Positions 46,129 to 56,599 of a stretch of 64,000 nucleotides of DNA are shown here, piece after piece. Each line of letters starts with the position of its first letter. Position 1 is the first letter of the stretch. The position numbers were made by a program, and so were the translations under genes. Under the pieces are notes generated by a model. It did no database searches. It was not told the DNA's origin and saw only the letters and a program-made list of their open reading frames with translations. This DNA comes from Alphaproteobacteria bacterium (GTDB lineage Bacteria > Pseudomonadota > Alphaproteobacteria > UBA9219). Where the stretch lies: assembly GCA_009779135.1 (NCBI GenBank), contig WREW01000001.1, forward strand, positions 784-64,783. The letters are read 5' to 3'.

Positions 46129-48698
46129 CCGCGCACCACGATATTGACGATTTTTTCCGGCACCACAATCACGCGGGCGATCTCTTTACCTTCAAGCGTG
46201 CGCTTGACGTTGGGCTCATCCATCGCCGCCTGCTCCACAAGCTGCGAGGCCGCGCCCTTCTCCACCACAATCGTCCCGCGCAGCTTGCCGTTGATCTGCA
46301 CAGCCAGCGTGATTGTGTTGCGCACAAGATAGATAGGATCAGCCGCAGGCCAGTCCGTGTTGGTAAGAAAAGTCTGACCGCCCAAAATCTGCCAGAGCTC
46401 CTCAGTAATATGCGGCAGCATGGGGTTCAGCAGCCGCACCAAAACCTCAAGCCCCTCGCGCAGCACAACATCCGCGCCCGCTTGAGAAGCTTCAAGCGTG
46501 TCAAGCGTGTTAGACAACTCCCGCGCCCGCGCTACGGCGCGGTTGAAATGGAAGCGCTCAAGATCCTGCGTGAAAGATTCAATCGTGCGGTGGATTTCTT
46601 GGCGCACCGCCAAAGCCTCCGGCGACAACGCGTCGGCCCTGGCCCCCTTGGGCGCAAGAGGAATCTTAGGCGCCGTCACCTGCCGCCAAAGACGGCTGAC
46701 ATAGCGCCAAGCTCCTTCAACGCCGGCCGTTGACCATTCAATATCCCGCTCCGGCGGGCTGTCCGAAAGCATAAACAGCCGCGCCGTATCCGCGCCATAG
46801 GCCTGAATGATGGAGCTTGGATCCACAACATTCTTTTTGGACTTGCTCATCACCTCAATGCGCCCCACTTGGACAGGGCGGCCCGTGCTGATCTGCGTGG
46901 CGGTGCCATCGGGGTTTTTCTGAACATCTTCGGGATAAAGCCACTTGCCTTGATCGTCCTTATAGGATTCATGGCAAACCATCCCTTGGGTGAACAGACC
47001 CGTAAAAGGCTCGTCAATTTTAAGGTAGCCCGTCAGCTTCATGGCCCGCGTAAAAAACCGAGCATAGAGAAGATGCAAAATCGCATGCTCCACCCCGCCC
47101 ACATATTGATCGACAGGAAGCCAGTAATCGACATCCTTTTTGTCAACGGGGAGCTCCGTATTGTGCGGCGAACAATAGCGGACGAAATACCAGCTTGAAT
47201 CCACAAAAGTGTCACAAGTGTCCGTCTCGCGTTCGGCCTTACCGCCGCATTGCGGGCAGCTGACATGCTTCCATGTGGGATGATGATCCAAAGGATTCCC
47301 GGGCTTGCTGATGTCAATATCCTCGGGCAACACGACAGGCAGATCCCTGTCCGGCACCGGCACGATTCCGCATTGCGGACATTTAATCATCGGGATAGGA
47401 CAGCCCCAGTAGCGCTGGCGGCTGATGCACCAGTCGCGCAAACGATATTGCACCGTGCCCTTGCCCGCGCCCAAGGATTCAATCTTGGCAATGGCCGCGC
47501 CGATGGCTTGCTCTGTCTCCATGCCATCAAGGAAGCGCGAATTAAAAGCAGTGCCCGGGCCCGTATAGGCCTCAAGCATCGTTTTGAAAGTCGCAAGATC
47601 TTCGCCGGAAGGAAGCACAACGGGCGTGATGGGCAGCTTATATTTTTGCGCAAAAGCAAAGTCGCGTTCGTCATGAGCCGGACAGCCGAAGATCGCGCCG
47701 GTGCCATATTCGATCAAAACAAAATTGGCCACAAAAACCGGAAGAGCCCATGAAGGATCAAAAGGATGCACCGCCTTCACGCCCGTGTCATAGCCGAGCT
47801 TTTCGGCCTTTTCGACCTCAACAAGGCTGGTGCCCATGCGGTTGCAGTCTTCGCAGAAGGCGGCGAGCCGCTCGTCTTTCTTCGCAAGTTTTTGCGCCAA
47901 AGGATGATTGGCCGAAATCGCAAGAAACGAAGCGCCGAACAAAGTGTCAGGACGTGTGGTGAAAACCTCAAGACTTTCGCCTTGGCCCTCGACAGCAAAA
48001 TGAACGTAAGCGCCTTCGGATTTTCCGATCCAGTTTTCCTGCATCAGCCGCACTTTTTCGGGCCACTGGTCAAGAGAGGGCAGCGCGCTCAAAAGATCTT
48101 CAGAGTAAGCGGTGATCTTGAGGAACCACTGCGCCAAAAGTCGCTTTTCAACCAAAGCACCCGAGCGCCAGCCGCGCCCGTCAATCACTTGTTCATTGGC
48201 AAGGACGGTGTGATCCACAGGATCCCAATTCGCCCAAGCCTCATTCCGATAAACAAGACCGGCCTTGAGGAAATCTAAAAAGAGCTTTTGCTGATGCTTA
48301 TAATAAGCAGGATCGCAGGTGGCGACTTCACGCTCCCAGTCAAGGGACAGGCCCATGCTTTGAAGCTCGCGCTTCATCACCTTTATATTATTGTACGTCC
48401 ATGCTGCGGGATGAGTGTGGCTGTCCCGCGCAGCATTTTCTGCGGGCAGACCGAAAGCATCCCAGCCCATGGGGTGGAGAACATTGAAGCCCTTCGCCCG
48501 CTGATACCGCGCCACCACATCGCCGAGCGTGTAGTTGCGCACATGCCCCATATGGATACGTCCCGAAGGATAAGGCAGCATCGAAAGCGCGTAATATTTA
48601 GGCCGCGCCGGATCGGTCACGGCGCGAAAACAATGATTTTCTTCCCAGATTTTCTGCCACTTACTTTCCGTTGCAGCCACATTATAACGCTCAGCCAT
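46125..48698 (-). CDS. leuS: Leucine--tRNA ligase
   Basis: [43 protein letters not shown]. Confidence 0.98.
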   Translation of the reverse strand: MAERYNVAATESKWQKIWEENHCFRAVTDPARPKYYALSMLPYPSGRIHMGHVRNYTLGDVVARYQRAKGFNVLHPMGWDAFGLPAENAARDSHTHPAAWTYNNIKVMKRELQSMGLSLDWEREVATCDPAYYKHQQKLFLDFLKAGLVYRNEAWANWDPVDHTVLANEQVIDGRGWRSGALVEKRLLAQWFLKITAYSEDLLSALPSLDQWPEKVRLMQENWIGKSEGAYVHFAVEGQGESLEVFTTRPDTLFGASFLAISANHPLAQKLAKKDERLAAFCEDCNRMGTSLVEVEKAEKLGYDTGVKAVHPFDPSWALPVFVANFVLIEYGTGAIFGCPAHDERDFAFAQKYKLPITPVVLPSGEDLATFKTMLEAYTGPGTAFNSRFLDGMETEQAIGAAIAKIESLGAGKGTVQYRLRDWCISRQRYWGCPIPMIKCPQCGIVPVPDRDLPVVLPEDIDISKPGNPLDHHPTWKHVSCPQCGGKAERETDTCDTFVDSSWYFVRYCSPHNTELPVDKKDVDYWLPVDQYVGGVEHAILHLLYARFFTRAMKLTGYLKIDEPFTGLFTQGMVCHESYKDDQGKWLYPEDVQKNPDGTATQISTGRPVQVGRIEVMSKSKKNVVDPSSIIQAYGADTARLFMLSDSPPERDIEWSTAGVEGAWRYVSRLWRQVTAPKIPLAPKGARADALSPEALAVRQEIHRTIESFTQDLERFHFNRAVARARELSNTLDTLEASQAGADVVLREGLEVLVRLLNPMLPHITEELWQILGGQTFLTNTDWPAADPIYLVRNTITLAVQINGKLRGTIVVEKGAASQLVEQAAMDEPNVKRTLEGKEIARVIVVPEKIVNIVVRG

Positions 48699-48825
48699 CT
48701 ACGCCCCTTTTAAAAAACTGTTAAGGACGCAACAATATCGCGCAGATGCCGGTAATGCAAGCCAGCCCGTTTTTTCCTCGCTTATGTCATCCCTACAGCA
48801 TGCCTGCCACAACGAGCTCCCCTCT

Positions 48826-48941
48826 TGTCATCCTTGAGGCTTGCGGAGCAAGCGCTCGGAGATCTGACGGTGGAGCGATGTTCTGGTGGCAGATCCCCGT
48901 GCTCTTGTCTGCCGACAGGCAGACAAGCCACGAGGATGACA
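48826..48941. repeat. Palindromic repeat family B, 116 bp
   Basis: Reverse complement of 50975-51090 with 2 mismatches. Confidence 0.92.
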
Positions 48942-48959
48942 AGAGGGGGTAGGGGGGGA

Positions 48960-49508
48960 TTACTTCCCTTCCTTCTGCGCCAACCGCATCTGCCTTGCCC
49001 GAGTCAAAATCGACTCCTCAAGCCTTGTCGCGGACTCCGCTGCGACGGGAGCGTCTTTCCAAGACCCCTGCGGCGTGTGGATCTGGCGGAAGATCGACAC
49101 CCTCACCCCATCCGCCCGCAGATCGCGGTCAAGAATAAAGATGTTCACCTTGGCGCGTTCTTCCGGAGCCTCCGGCGCGGAGTACCAGTCTGTAATAATC
49201 ACCCCGCCAAAAGGATCAGCCGAGGCGATGGGCATAAAGGAAACCGTATCAAGACTCGCCCGCCACAGATAGGCATTGACGCCAAGCCCGCCGCCGCCGC
49301 TGTCTTTCTTGTCTTCCTTATTGAAGAAGGAGAACCCCCCCTCATCGCTGACCATGGAGCCGTATTTATAACGATCCTCCTTCGCGCGGTCGGGATAGCT
49401 CGGGTCGGTTTTGATGGCGCTGTCAGCGCAGCCGGCCAGCAGCGAAAGGGCCAGCGGCAGGGCAAGGAAAGAAAGGCTTTTCAAGAAGGAAGCACGAAAA
49501 AGAAGCAT
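48960..49508 (-). CDS. DUF3576-type lipoprotein
   Basis: Lipobox LAGC, VNAYLWRASLDTVSFMP, DPFGGVIITDWY, ILTRARQ. Confidence 0.88.
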   Translation of the reverse strand: MLLFRASFLKSLSFLALPLALSLLAGCADSAIKTDPSYPDRAKEDRYKYGSMVSDEGGFSFFNKEDKKDSGGGGLGVNAYLWRASLDTVSFMPIASADPFGGVIITDWYSAPEAPEERAKVNIFILDRDLRADGVRVSIFRQIHTPQGSWKDAPVAAESATRLEESILTRARQMRLAQKEGK

Positions 49509-49759
49509 GATTATTCACCGGAAAAGTTAAGGGGTTAAGTTTGGCGAAGCGCTTGATTATGGCAGGGAAAACAAACCGTTGCAAGCATCTCCCCCGCCAT
49601 ACAGCTGTGTTTTTTATATCACAGATCTATACACTGTTATGGGAAAGCCTATTTCATACTTGTCTGTGCAAAGCTGTTGTTTCAGATTGGCTTGGACGGG
49701 GCGTGTCCGCCCTCCAAAGTCAATCGTTAACTAAAGTCCATCCACGAGGGGGGATACAC

Positions 49760-50884
49760 ATGCGTAAAATACTTTTAGCGACGACAGCGATCGTCGGTTT
49801 TGCCGGAATAGCACAAGCAGCCGAAGCACCTATTCAGGTGACCTTGGGCGGCGAAGTTAATTTCCGCGCAGCTATGTTCCACGAGTCACAGAAGCTTGCT
49901 GGCCCTGACAAGCGTGCCAATGGCGACATCCAGACCGAATATGCTTTCACCATTGCGGCTGAAGGCAAAGCGGCTGGTGGCATCAACTATGGTGCGTTGG
50001 TTGAAATCAACAACGACCAGAATCAGGGCAGCTCAAATCGCCAGATCGGTCTTGAGCAGGCCTATCTCTGGATGTCCGGCGCGTTCGGCAAGGTTGTCCT
50101 TGGTGACCATCAAGGCGCTTCCGATCTGTTCGTGTTTGCTCCGACAGTTGGCGAAGGCCAAATTGCGGGCAAGTACACAAACTTCACGGATGACTACACA
50201 CTGGCACGCTTCCAGCCTGCTTTCATCGATCTGACGGAAACCGCAACCAAGGTGACCTACTTCACACCTAAGGTTGATCTGGGCGACAGGAACCACAGCG
50301 TTCAGCTCGGCGTTTCCTTTGCGCCGGATGAAGACGGAAAAGGTACGCGGACCAACCTTTACAAGAATGACATTCGTGGCGCCAAGAACGTCATCGAAGT
50401 TGCAGCACAGTATAGCGGAACCTTCGACCAAGTTGGTGTGACAGTTACGCCGATGCTGGTTTCGACAGAGTCCAACAACGCCAGCTGGAAATGGGGTGGT
50501 GGTGAACGCGGCGGAACCCTCTGGGGCATTGGCGCGCAAGCAACCTATGCCGGCTTCACGCTCGGTGGTTCCTATGTTGATGCTGGCAAAGTTCACGCCC
50601 CAACAGGTGGTGACGACAAGCAGCGCGTCTGGACAATCGGTCTTGGCTATGAAATGGACAAGGTCGCTTTGGCAGCCAACTACATGCGCGGCAAAGGCTA
50701 TGATGAAAACGTCTGGGGCGGTGACTATGTCAATCGCTTCGCAGCCCTTGGCTTCGGTGCGTCCTACACATGGTTCCCCGGCCTGACAACGGCAGCGGAT
50801 GCGGTGATCTTCAGCCAGAAGATTGACGGTTGGGACAAGAACGCCGGTCATGTGCTGATGCTCTCGCAAAAGATGGCGTTCTAA
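49760..50884 (+). CDS. Outer-membrane porin, paralog 1
   Basis: MRKILLATTA signal peptide, amphipathic beta pattern, C-terminal Phe, strong RBS. Confidence 0.88.
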   Translation: MRKILLATTAIVGFAGIAQAAEAPIQVTLGGEVNFRAAMFHESQKLAGPDKRANGDIQTEYAFTIAAEGKAAGGINYGALVEINNDQNQGSSNRQIGLEQAYLWMSGAFGKVVLGDHQGASDLFVFAPTVGEGQIAGKYTNFTDDYTLARFQPAFIDLTETATKVTYFTPKVDLGDRNHSVQLGVSFAPDEDGKGTRTNLYKNDIRGAKNVIEVAAQYSGTFDQVGVTVTPMLVSTESNNASWKWGGGERGGTLWGIGAQATYAGFTLGGSYVDAGKVHAPTGGDDKQRVWTIGLGYEMDKVALAANYMRGKGYDENVWGGDYVNRFAALGFGASYTWFPGLTTAADAVIFSQKIDGWDKNAGHVLMLSQKMAF

Positions 50885-50915
50885 GCGCAATCCAAGCGAA
50901 AGCTTAAAAGAAAAG

Positions 50916-50946
50916 AACAGCCTCTCGAAAGAGAGGCTGTTTTTTT
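50916..50946 (+). terminator. Intrinsic terminator of porin 1
   Basis: AACAGCCTCTC-GAAA-GAGAGGCTGTT followed by a T run. Confidence 0.9.
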
Positions 50947-50974
50947 ATGGCCCGCCCCGCGCCCCTCTCCCTCT

Positions 50975-51090
50975 TGTCATCCTCGTGGCTTGTCTGCCTG
51001 TCGGCAGACAAGAGCACGGGGATCTGCCACCAGAACATCGCTCCACCGTCAGATCCCCGAGCGCTTGCTCCGCAAGCCTCGAGGATGACA
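50975..51090. repeat. Palindromic repeat family B, 116 bp, followed by a family A half-site at about 51102-51120
   Basis: Inverted near-identical partner of 48826-48941; TGTCATTGCGAGGAGGGCC follows 11 bp later. Confidence 0.92.
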
Positions 51091-51255
51091 AAGGGAAAAA
51101 ATGTCATTGCGAGGAGGGCCGCGCCTTCCCCCGTATGATGCCGTTCATGTCACAACCTTCCCCATAAACACGCCCCCAAAAAGATTCAATCTTGCAAGCC
51201 CTCCGCTCCCCCGTCACACTCGCGGGAAAAATAAGAACGCGGGGAGGAACTCGTC

Positions 51256-52359
51256 ATGCGCAAAATCTTGCTTACCTCAACAGCCCTTTTAGCTCTGCCC
51301 ACATCAGCCCATGCTTTCGACGTCATGCTTGGAGGCTCGGTTGATTTCCGCGCCGCACTTTTCCATGAGTCAGAAAAATCAAGACCCGCAGGCGAAGGCC
51401 CGCGCAGAAGCCGTGACATCCAAAGCGAATACGACTTTGTCATCACGGCGCAGAAAGAAGCCCCGCGCGGCATCACCTATGGCGCGCTGATTGAAATCAA
51501 CAACAGCCAAAGCCATGACGCCCCCGCCGGACTTGAGCAAGCCTATGTCTGGCTGGAAAGCCCCGCGCTCGGCAAAGCCATGTTCGGCGATACTTACGGC
51601 GCGCGAACCCTCTTTGTTATCGCGCCGACCGTGGGCGAGGATCAGATGGCGGGTTCCTACACCAACTTTACAGACCCGCGTTCCTTAGGCCGCCTTCAAC
51701 CGGCCTTTGTTGACCAAACATTGGGCGCAACAAAACTGGTCTGGTACTCGCCAAAAACCGCAATGTTCGGCGAAGATCACACGCTCCAGCTTGGTGTGTC
51801 CTTCACCCCGCGCGAGGACATGGCCGGCTCCGAAGTCGCTCTCTATGACAATGCGACGGAGCCCAAAAATGTAATCGAGATTGCAGCGCAATATACCGGC
51901 ATTATGGGCCCCGCCAATATCGTCGTCTCGCCCATGGTCGTGATGGCGCAATCGTCAGCCACGCAGCGAAGCGCCACCTTGTGGGGCCTTGGCGCGCAGG
52001 CGGAATATGCGGGGGTGACAATCGGCGGCTCCTATGTCGATGGCAGCCATTACGGCATGCAAACCGGCCAGACCCTGCCGCAGCGCGTCTGGACAGCAGG
52101 CCTGAAATATGAGCTGGGCAGCATGGAGTTCGCCGCGAGCACCATGCGCGGCAGGGGCTATATGGGCTACGGCTTTATAGGCAGTGCCGCAAAAGGAAAT
52201 TATGTGGATCGCCTCAGCATGTGGGGCCTCGGCGCCAGCTATAACTGGTTTGCAGGATTCACCACAACAGCAGACGCCGTGTTCTTCGACCAAAAGATCA
52301 CCGCCGGCGAACCCAACACCGGCCATGTGCTGATGCTCTCCCAAAAACTGAGCTTTTGA
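51256..52359 (+). CDS. Outer-membrane porin, paralog 2
   Basis: Shares FRAALFHES, APTVGE, YTNFTD and GHVLMLSQKxxF with paralogs 1 and 3. Confidence 0.88.
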   Translation: MRKILLTSTALLALPTSAHAFDVMLGGSVDFRAALFHESEKSRPAGEGPRRSRDIQSEYDFVITAQKEAPRGITYGALIEINNSQSHDAPAGLEQAYVWLESPALGKAMFGDTYGARTLFVIAPTVGEDQMAGSYTNFTDPRSLGRLQPAFVDQTLGATKLVWYSPKTAMFGEDHTLQLGVSFTPREDMAGSEVALYDNATEPKNVIEIAAQYTGIMGPANIVVSPMVVMAQSSATQRSATLWGLGAQAEYAGVTIGGSYVDGSHYGMQTGQTLPQRVWTAGLKYELGSMEFAASTMRGRGYMGYGFIGSAAKGNYVDRLSMWGLGASYNWFAGFTTTADAVFFDQKITAGEPNTGHVLMLSQKLSF

Positions 52360-52399
52360 TCCCCCCTTCTTGTCATCCTCGGACAAGTGCCCCCCCCAT

Positions 52400-52505
52400 T
52401 GTCATCCTCGGGCAAGCGCAAAGCGCTTGAACCGGGGATCTGACGCCAAAGCGCTGCCCACCGTCAGATCCCCGGGCGCTTGCTGCGCAAGCCCCGAGGA
52501 TGACA
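52400..52505. repeat. Palindromic repeat family B variant (106 bp), preceded by a stub at 52371-52381
   Basis: Same termini and inner stem; the left side hairpin is a third variant, CAAGCGC-AAA-GCGCTTG. Confidence 0.88.
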
Positions 52506-52804
52506 AGAGAGGAGCAAAAACGCCACAACCAAAAGACGCGAAACTTTTTAACCCCCCTTACACCCCCCCTCCCCATACCCCCGTCTTCACCCCGCGCTCC
52601 CCTCACCCCTTCTCCAAACACAAATAGTTGTTTTTGCATACATAAATAGGCAAAACCGCAGCTTTTGAGCCACAGCAGAGACCTAAGTGAGAGCAAGGTT
52701 CATTTACAGCTTGTTTGCGCGGAATGGTTGTATCAGATTATTTCAGACAGGGCGATCCGCCCTCAAACACAATAACAAAACCGTCGAATCCATGAGGGGG
52801 ATAC

Positions 52805-53974
52805 ATGCGTAAAATACTATTGGCAACTACGGCTCTCGTCGCAATCTCCGGCGCAGCCTATGCGGCTCCAGCATCCAAGATGTCTGACCACCGCGCAACG
52901 AAACAATCACCCATCCAGGTGACTTTGGGCGGTTATGCCGACTTCCGCGCCGCGCTCTTCCACGAATCGCAAAAATCGGCTGACGCCCTCGGCCTTGGCA
53001 AGCGTCGCTATAGCGATCTCCAAACCGAATACGGCGTCATCATCGCGGCAGAAGGCAAGGCCGCGCAGGGCGTCACTTATGGCGGTGTGATCGGCATCAA
53101 CAACGATCAGAAATACGACCAGCAAGTGGCGCTTGATGAAGCCTATGTCTGGGGCGCTTCGGCCATGGGCGAAATCGTCCTTGGTGACGCACGCGGCCCT
53201 GCCGACATGTTCGTCTATGCGCCGACTGTCGGTGAAGGCCAGATTGCGGGCAAATACACCAACTTCACCGATCCGCAGTCTTTCGGGCGCTTTCATCCGA
53301 CTTTTATCGACCCTACGGACACAAGCACCAAGGCCGCCTATTATACGCCTAAGTTTGAGCTTGGCTCAGCCCAAAGCACACTGCGTGCTGGCGTAAGCTT
53401 CGCGCCGAGCAAGCAGAAGAAAGGAACAGAGGCGTATCTTTACGAACCTCTGGTCGGTGCGCCTGCCGAAAATGTTGTTGAAGTTGCCGCAGAATATAAA
53501 GGCACCTTTGACCGCTTCGGCCTGAAGTTCACGCCTATGATGGTGATGACGCAAAGCAAGGGCGACCATGTAACCAGTGAGCGCAGCGCGTTCATCTGGG
53601 GCCTTGGCGGACAAGTGAGCTTTGACACCCTTACGCTCGGCGCATCCTATGTTGATGGCGGCCATTATGGCGCTTGGTCGGGTGATACCAACCGGCAATA
53701 TGTATGGACGATCGGCGCAGGCTATGACTATAACGAGCAGATTGAGCTGGCCGTCAACTACATGCAGGGCAAGGGCTATGTGAATCGGGGCTATGTCAGC
53801 GGCGTGACCGGTTTTTATGTCAACCGGTTTGCGGCTCTGGGTGCGGGCGCCAGCTATCAATGGTTCCCGGGCTTTGCCACAGCGGCTGATGCGGTCTTCT
53901 TCAACCAGAAAAGCCCCACAGTTCCCAAAAACATCGGCCGCGTGCTGATGCTCTCGCAGAAAATAGCATTCTAA
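52805..53974 (+). CDS. Outer-membrane porin, paralog 3
   Basis: Same motifs and C-terminal Phe; leader and terminator resemble those of paralog 1. Confidence 0.88.
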   Translation: MRKILLATTALVAISGAAYAAPASKMSDHRATKQSPIQVTLGGYADFRAALFHESQKSADALGLGKRRYSDLQTEYGVIIAAEGKAAQGVTYGGVIGINNDQKYDQQVALDEAYVWGASAMGEIVLGDARGPADMFVYAPTVGEGQIAGKYTNFTDPQSFGRFHPTFIDPTDTSTKAAYYTPKFELGSAQSTLRAGVSFAPSKQKKGTEAYLYEPLVGAPAENVVEVAAEYKGTFDRFGLKFTPMMVMTQSKGDHVTSERSAFIWGLGGQVSFDTLTLGASYVDGGHYGAWSGDTNRQYVWTIGAGYDYNEQIELAVNYMQGKGYVNRGYVSGVTGFYVNRFAALGAGASYQWFPGFATAADAVFFNQKSPTVPKNIGRVLMLSQKIAF

Positions 53975-53988
53975 GGCGAAAGCTGAAG

Positions 53989-54024
53989 AAAAAAGCAGCC
54001 TCTCGAAAGAGAGGCTGCTTTTTT
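53989..54024. terminator. Bidirectional terminator between porin 3 and purA
   Basis: A6-GCAGCCTCTC-GAAA-GAGAGGCTGC-T6. Confidence 0.9.
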
Positions 54025-55315
54025 AATCCCCAAAAGGATCCCTCACCAAAATCGTATCCTCACGCTCAGGGCTGGTGGAAACAAGTGTGACAGGAACTTC
54101 CGCAAGCTCCTCAATCAAACGTATATATTTGATCGCCGCTGCGGGCAGATCAGCCCAGTGCCGCGCGCCACGGGTACTCTCTTTCCATCCCGGACAGGAA
54201 ACATAAAGCGGCTCAACAGCCGCCTGCTGCGCAGGGTTTGCGGGAAGATGATCGATCTCTTTGCCGTTAAGTCTGTAAGCGCGGCAGATTTTCAGCTCCT
54301 CCATCCCGTCAAGCACATCAAGTTTTGTCAAGGCAAGCCCGTCAATCCCACCGACCTTGACCGCCTGCCGCACAAGAACCGCATCAAGCCAGCCGCAGCG
54401 CCGTTTGCGGCCCGTATTGGTGCCGAACTCGAATCCCCTTTGGCCAAGGCCTTCGCCGATGGGGCCGGTTTCCTCGGTCGGAAAGGGCCCTGCGCCCACG
54501 CGCGTGGTATAGGCTTTACAAATACCCAGCACGCGCCCCAGACTTTTTGCGCCGATTCCGCAGCCTGCGGCGACCGCGCCCGCAACGATATTGCTTGAAG
54601 TCACAAAAGGATAAGTTCCATGGTCAATATCAAGCATGGTTCCTTGCGCCCCCTCAAAAAGAATAAGGCTGCCATTCTTGCGTGCCTCCTCAAGTCTTTG
54701 CCAGACAACGGCCGAGAAAGGCAAAAGTCGTGGCGCAAGCGCCAAAAGCTGCGCCACAAGATCATCCGTTTTCAGCTCCGCCGCGCCATAGCCGCGCAGC
54801 AAGGCGTTGTGGTGAACCAAAAGTTCTTCGACTCGTTCGCGCAAAAGATCGGGGGTTCTCAGATCGCAAAGCCGCACGGCACGGCGCGCGACCTTGTCTT
54901 CATAAGCGGGGCCGATGCCTCGGCCTGTCGTGCCGATTTTGCGCGCGCCCTTGGCCGCTTCACGCGCGCGATCCACAAGCCCGTGCACAGGAAGAATAAG
55001 GCAGACATTTTCCGCAATGATCAGATTATCCGGCGTGACGACAACATCCTGCTTTGCGATTTTGTCGATCTCGTCCAAAAGCGCCCAAGGATCCACCACA
55101 ACGCCATTGCCGATGATAGAAAGCTTGTTTTTGCGCACAATGCCGGAAGGCAACAAATTAAGCTTGAACGTCACGCCGTCAATCACAAGCGTATGGCCCG
55201 CATTATGCCCGCCCTGAAACCGCACCACGACATCGGCGCGCGCGGAAAGCCAGTCCACGATTTTTCCTTTGCCTTCATCGCCCCACTGAGCGCCTACGAC
55301 CACAACATTTTTCAT
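54023..55315 (-). CDS. purA: Adenylosuccinate synthetase
   Basis: [39 protein letters not shown]. Confidence 0.98.
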   Translation of the reverse strand: MKNVVVVGAQWGDEGKGKIVDWLSARADVVVRFQGGHNAGHTLVIDGVTFKLNLLPSGIVRKNKLSIIGNGVVVDPWALLDEIDKIAKQDVVVTPDNLIIAENVCLILPVHGLVDRAREAAKGARKIGTTGRGIGPAYEDKVARRAVRLCDLRTPDLLRERVEELLVHHNALLRGYGAAELKTDDLVAQLLALAPRLLPFSAVVWQRLEEARKNGSLILFEGAQGTMLDIDHGTYPFVTSSNIVAGAVAAGCGIGAKSLGRVLGICKAYTTRVGAGPFPTEETGPIGEGLGQRGFEFGTNTGRKRRCGWLDAVLVRQAVKVGGIDGLALTKLDVLDGMEELKICRAYRLNGKEIDHLPANPAQQAAVEPLYVSCPGWKESTRGARHWADLPAAAIKYIRLIEELAEVPVTLVSTSPEREDTILVRDPFGD

Positions 55316-55328
55316 AGTGAAACCCCTT

Positions 55329-55919
55329 TTAATTTGGCCATAAGGCATAAACAAGGCCGCCCAAAACCATAAGCACGACACAGGCCCAGCCTATGCGGTC
55401 AATGTAAAGCCTGAGCTTTTCTTCCATCCTGCTGCCGCCATAAGCGGTCGCCCCCGCAACAAGAAAAAACCGCCCCCCGCGACTGATAAAAGACACAGCC
55501 AGAAAAGGAAGCAAAGGCGATCCCATCGCCCCCGCCGCGATGGTGAGAATCTTAAAAGGAACAGGCGTAAATCCCGCCAAAAGAAAAACCGCCAGCAAAC
55601 CAAAGCGCTTGTCCCACGCCACAGCTTGTTCATAAGCGGCCCAATAAGCGCTTTCGCGCAAAAAAGGCTCGATCAGCCCAAAAGCAAAATACCCGATCGC
55701 ATAGCCCAAAAGAGCGCCCGCGATCGAGGCCGCCGTGGTCAGAAAAGCAAACCAAAACGCGCGTTTTGGCTGGGCCAGCGACATCGGCGCCAGCATCACA
55801 TCCGGCGGAATGGGAAAAAAGGAGGATTCGGCAAAGCTCAGCGCACTGAGATAAAAAGGCGCGTGACGATGCCGCGCCCATACAAGCATTTTGTCATAAA
55901 GATAAGAGAAGATTTTCAT
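55329..55919 (-). CDS. YqaA/DedA family membrane protein
   Basis: [26 protein letters not shown]. Confidence 0.92.
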   Translation of the reverse strand: MKIFSYLYDKMLVWARHRHAPFYLSALSFAESSFFPIPPDVMLAPMSLAQPKRAFWFAFLTTAASIAGALLGYAIGYFAFGLIEPFLRESAYWAAYEQAVAWDKRFGLLAVFLLAGFTPVPFKILTIAAGAMGSPLLPFLAVSFISRGGRFFLVAGATAYGGSRMEEKLRLYIDRIGWACVVLMVLGGLVYALWPN

Positions 55920-56599
55920 AAACCACCCGTCAGGAACTTTTGCGCAAAGGGAATAGTGATTTTTTTGCCCGCGCGCAACGCTTCCTCATCCAAAAGCTGG
56001 ACAAGTTTTTGCACGGCGGTGCCTGTGCGCGTGGCGCGCTTGACAAGATATTCGACAACATCATTTTCAACGCGCAGCTGGCGATCCGCAAAAAGCTTGA
56101 GAAAAAGCCCGTGAATCAAGTCATCATCCGGCTCCTCGATCGCCACGCTTTGGCAGCTTTTAAGGCGCGTTTCAATATCCTTGAGCATCAAGCCCCAAAC
56201 CGCCACCGGTTTTTGCGCGGCAAGAACAACGGGGACGTGAAGCGCTTTTGTCGCATTGTAAAAATGGACAAGCCATTCCTGCTGCGCCGGAAAAGCGGCG
56301 ATCTTGTCGGCATCATCAAAAGCAAAGGCAGGCGCTGCGGCCTCGCCACGCGCAAGGGATTCCAAAACAGAACTTTCCGGACAAACTGCCATCGCGCCGA
56401 CATGCTGGCACCAGCTTTGCAGCAGATGACTTTTGCCGCAGCCTGCGGGGCCGTGCAGAATAAGCATATGCGAAGGCCAAGCCGTCGGCGGCGTTTCAAA
56501 AAGCCAGCGCACCGCTTGGGCATTGCTGGATGTGAGGAGAAAATCATCCAAAGACATGGCTATGTGATGCGGCCAAGACAGCTTATATTGCTGGCTCAT
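55916..56599 (-). CDS. hdaA: DnaA regulatory inactivator Hda/HdaA
   Basis: N-terminal clamp-binding-like QYKL, SSNAQA, GPAGCGKSHL, KLFADRQL; located beside the AI-2E gene and purM. Confidence 0.85.
   Translation of the reverse strand: MSQQYKLSWPHHIAMSLDDFLLTSSNAQAVRWLFETPPTAWPSHMLILHGPAGCGKSHLLQSWCQHVGAMAVCPESSVLESLARGEAAAPAFAFDDADKIAAFPAQQEWLVHFYNATKALHVPVVLAAQKPVAVWGLMLKDIETRLKSCQSVAIEEPDDDLIHGLFLKLFADRQLRVENDVVEYLVKRATRTGTAVQKLVQLLDEEALRAGKKITIPFAQKFLTGGL

Noticed and set aside
48710-48724. Perfect TTAA-N7-TTAA just upstream of leuS
   Set aside because: A single short match in an AT-rich spacer before a housekeeping gene; chance cannot be excluded.
45507-52696. Similar peptides in ORFs such as 45507..45773, 48746..48952, 48825..49538, 50904..51107 and 52373..52696
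   Set aside because: They are translations of the family B repeats rather than a gene family.
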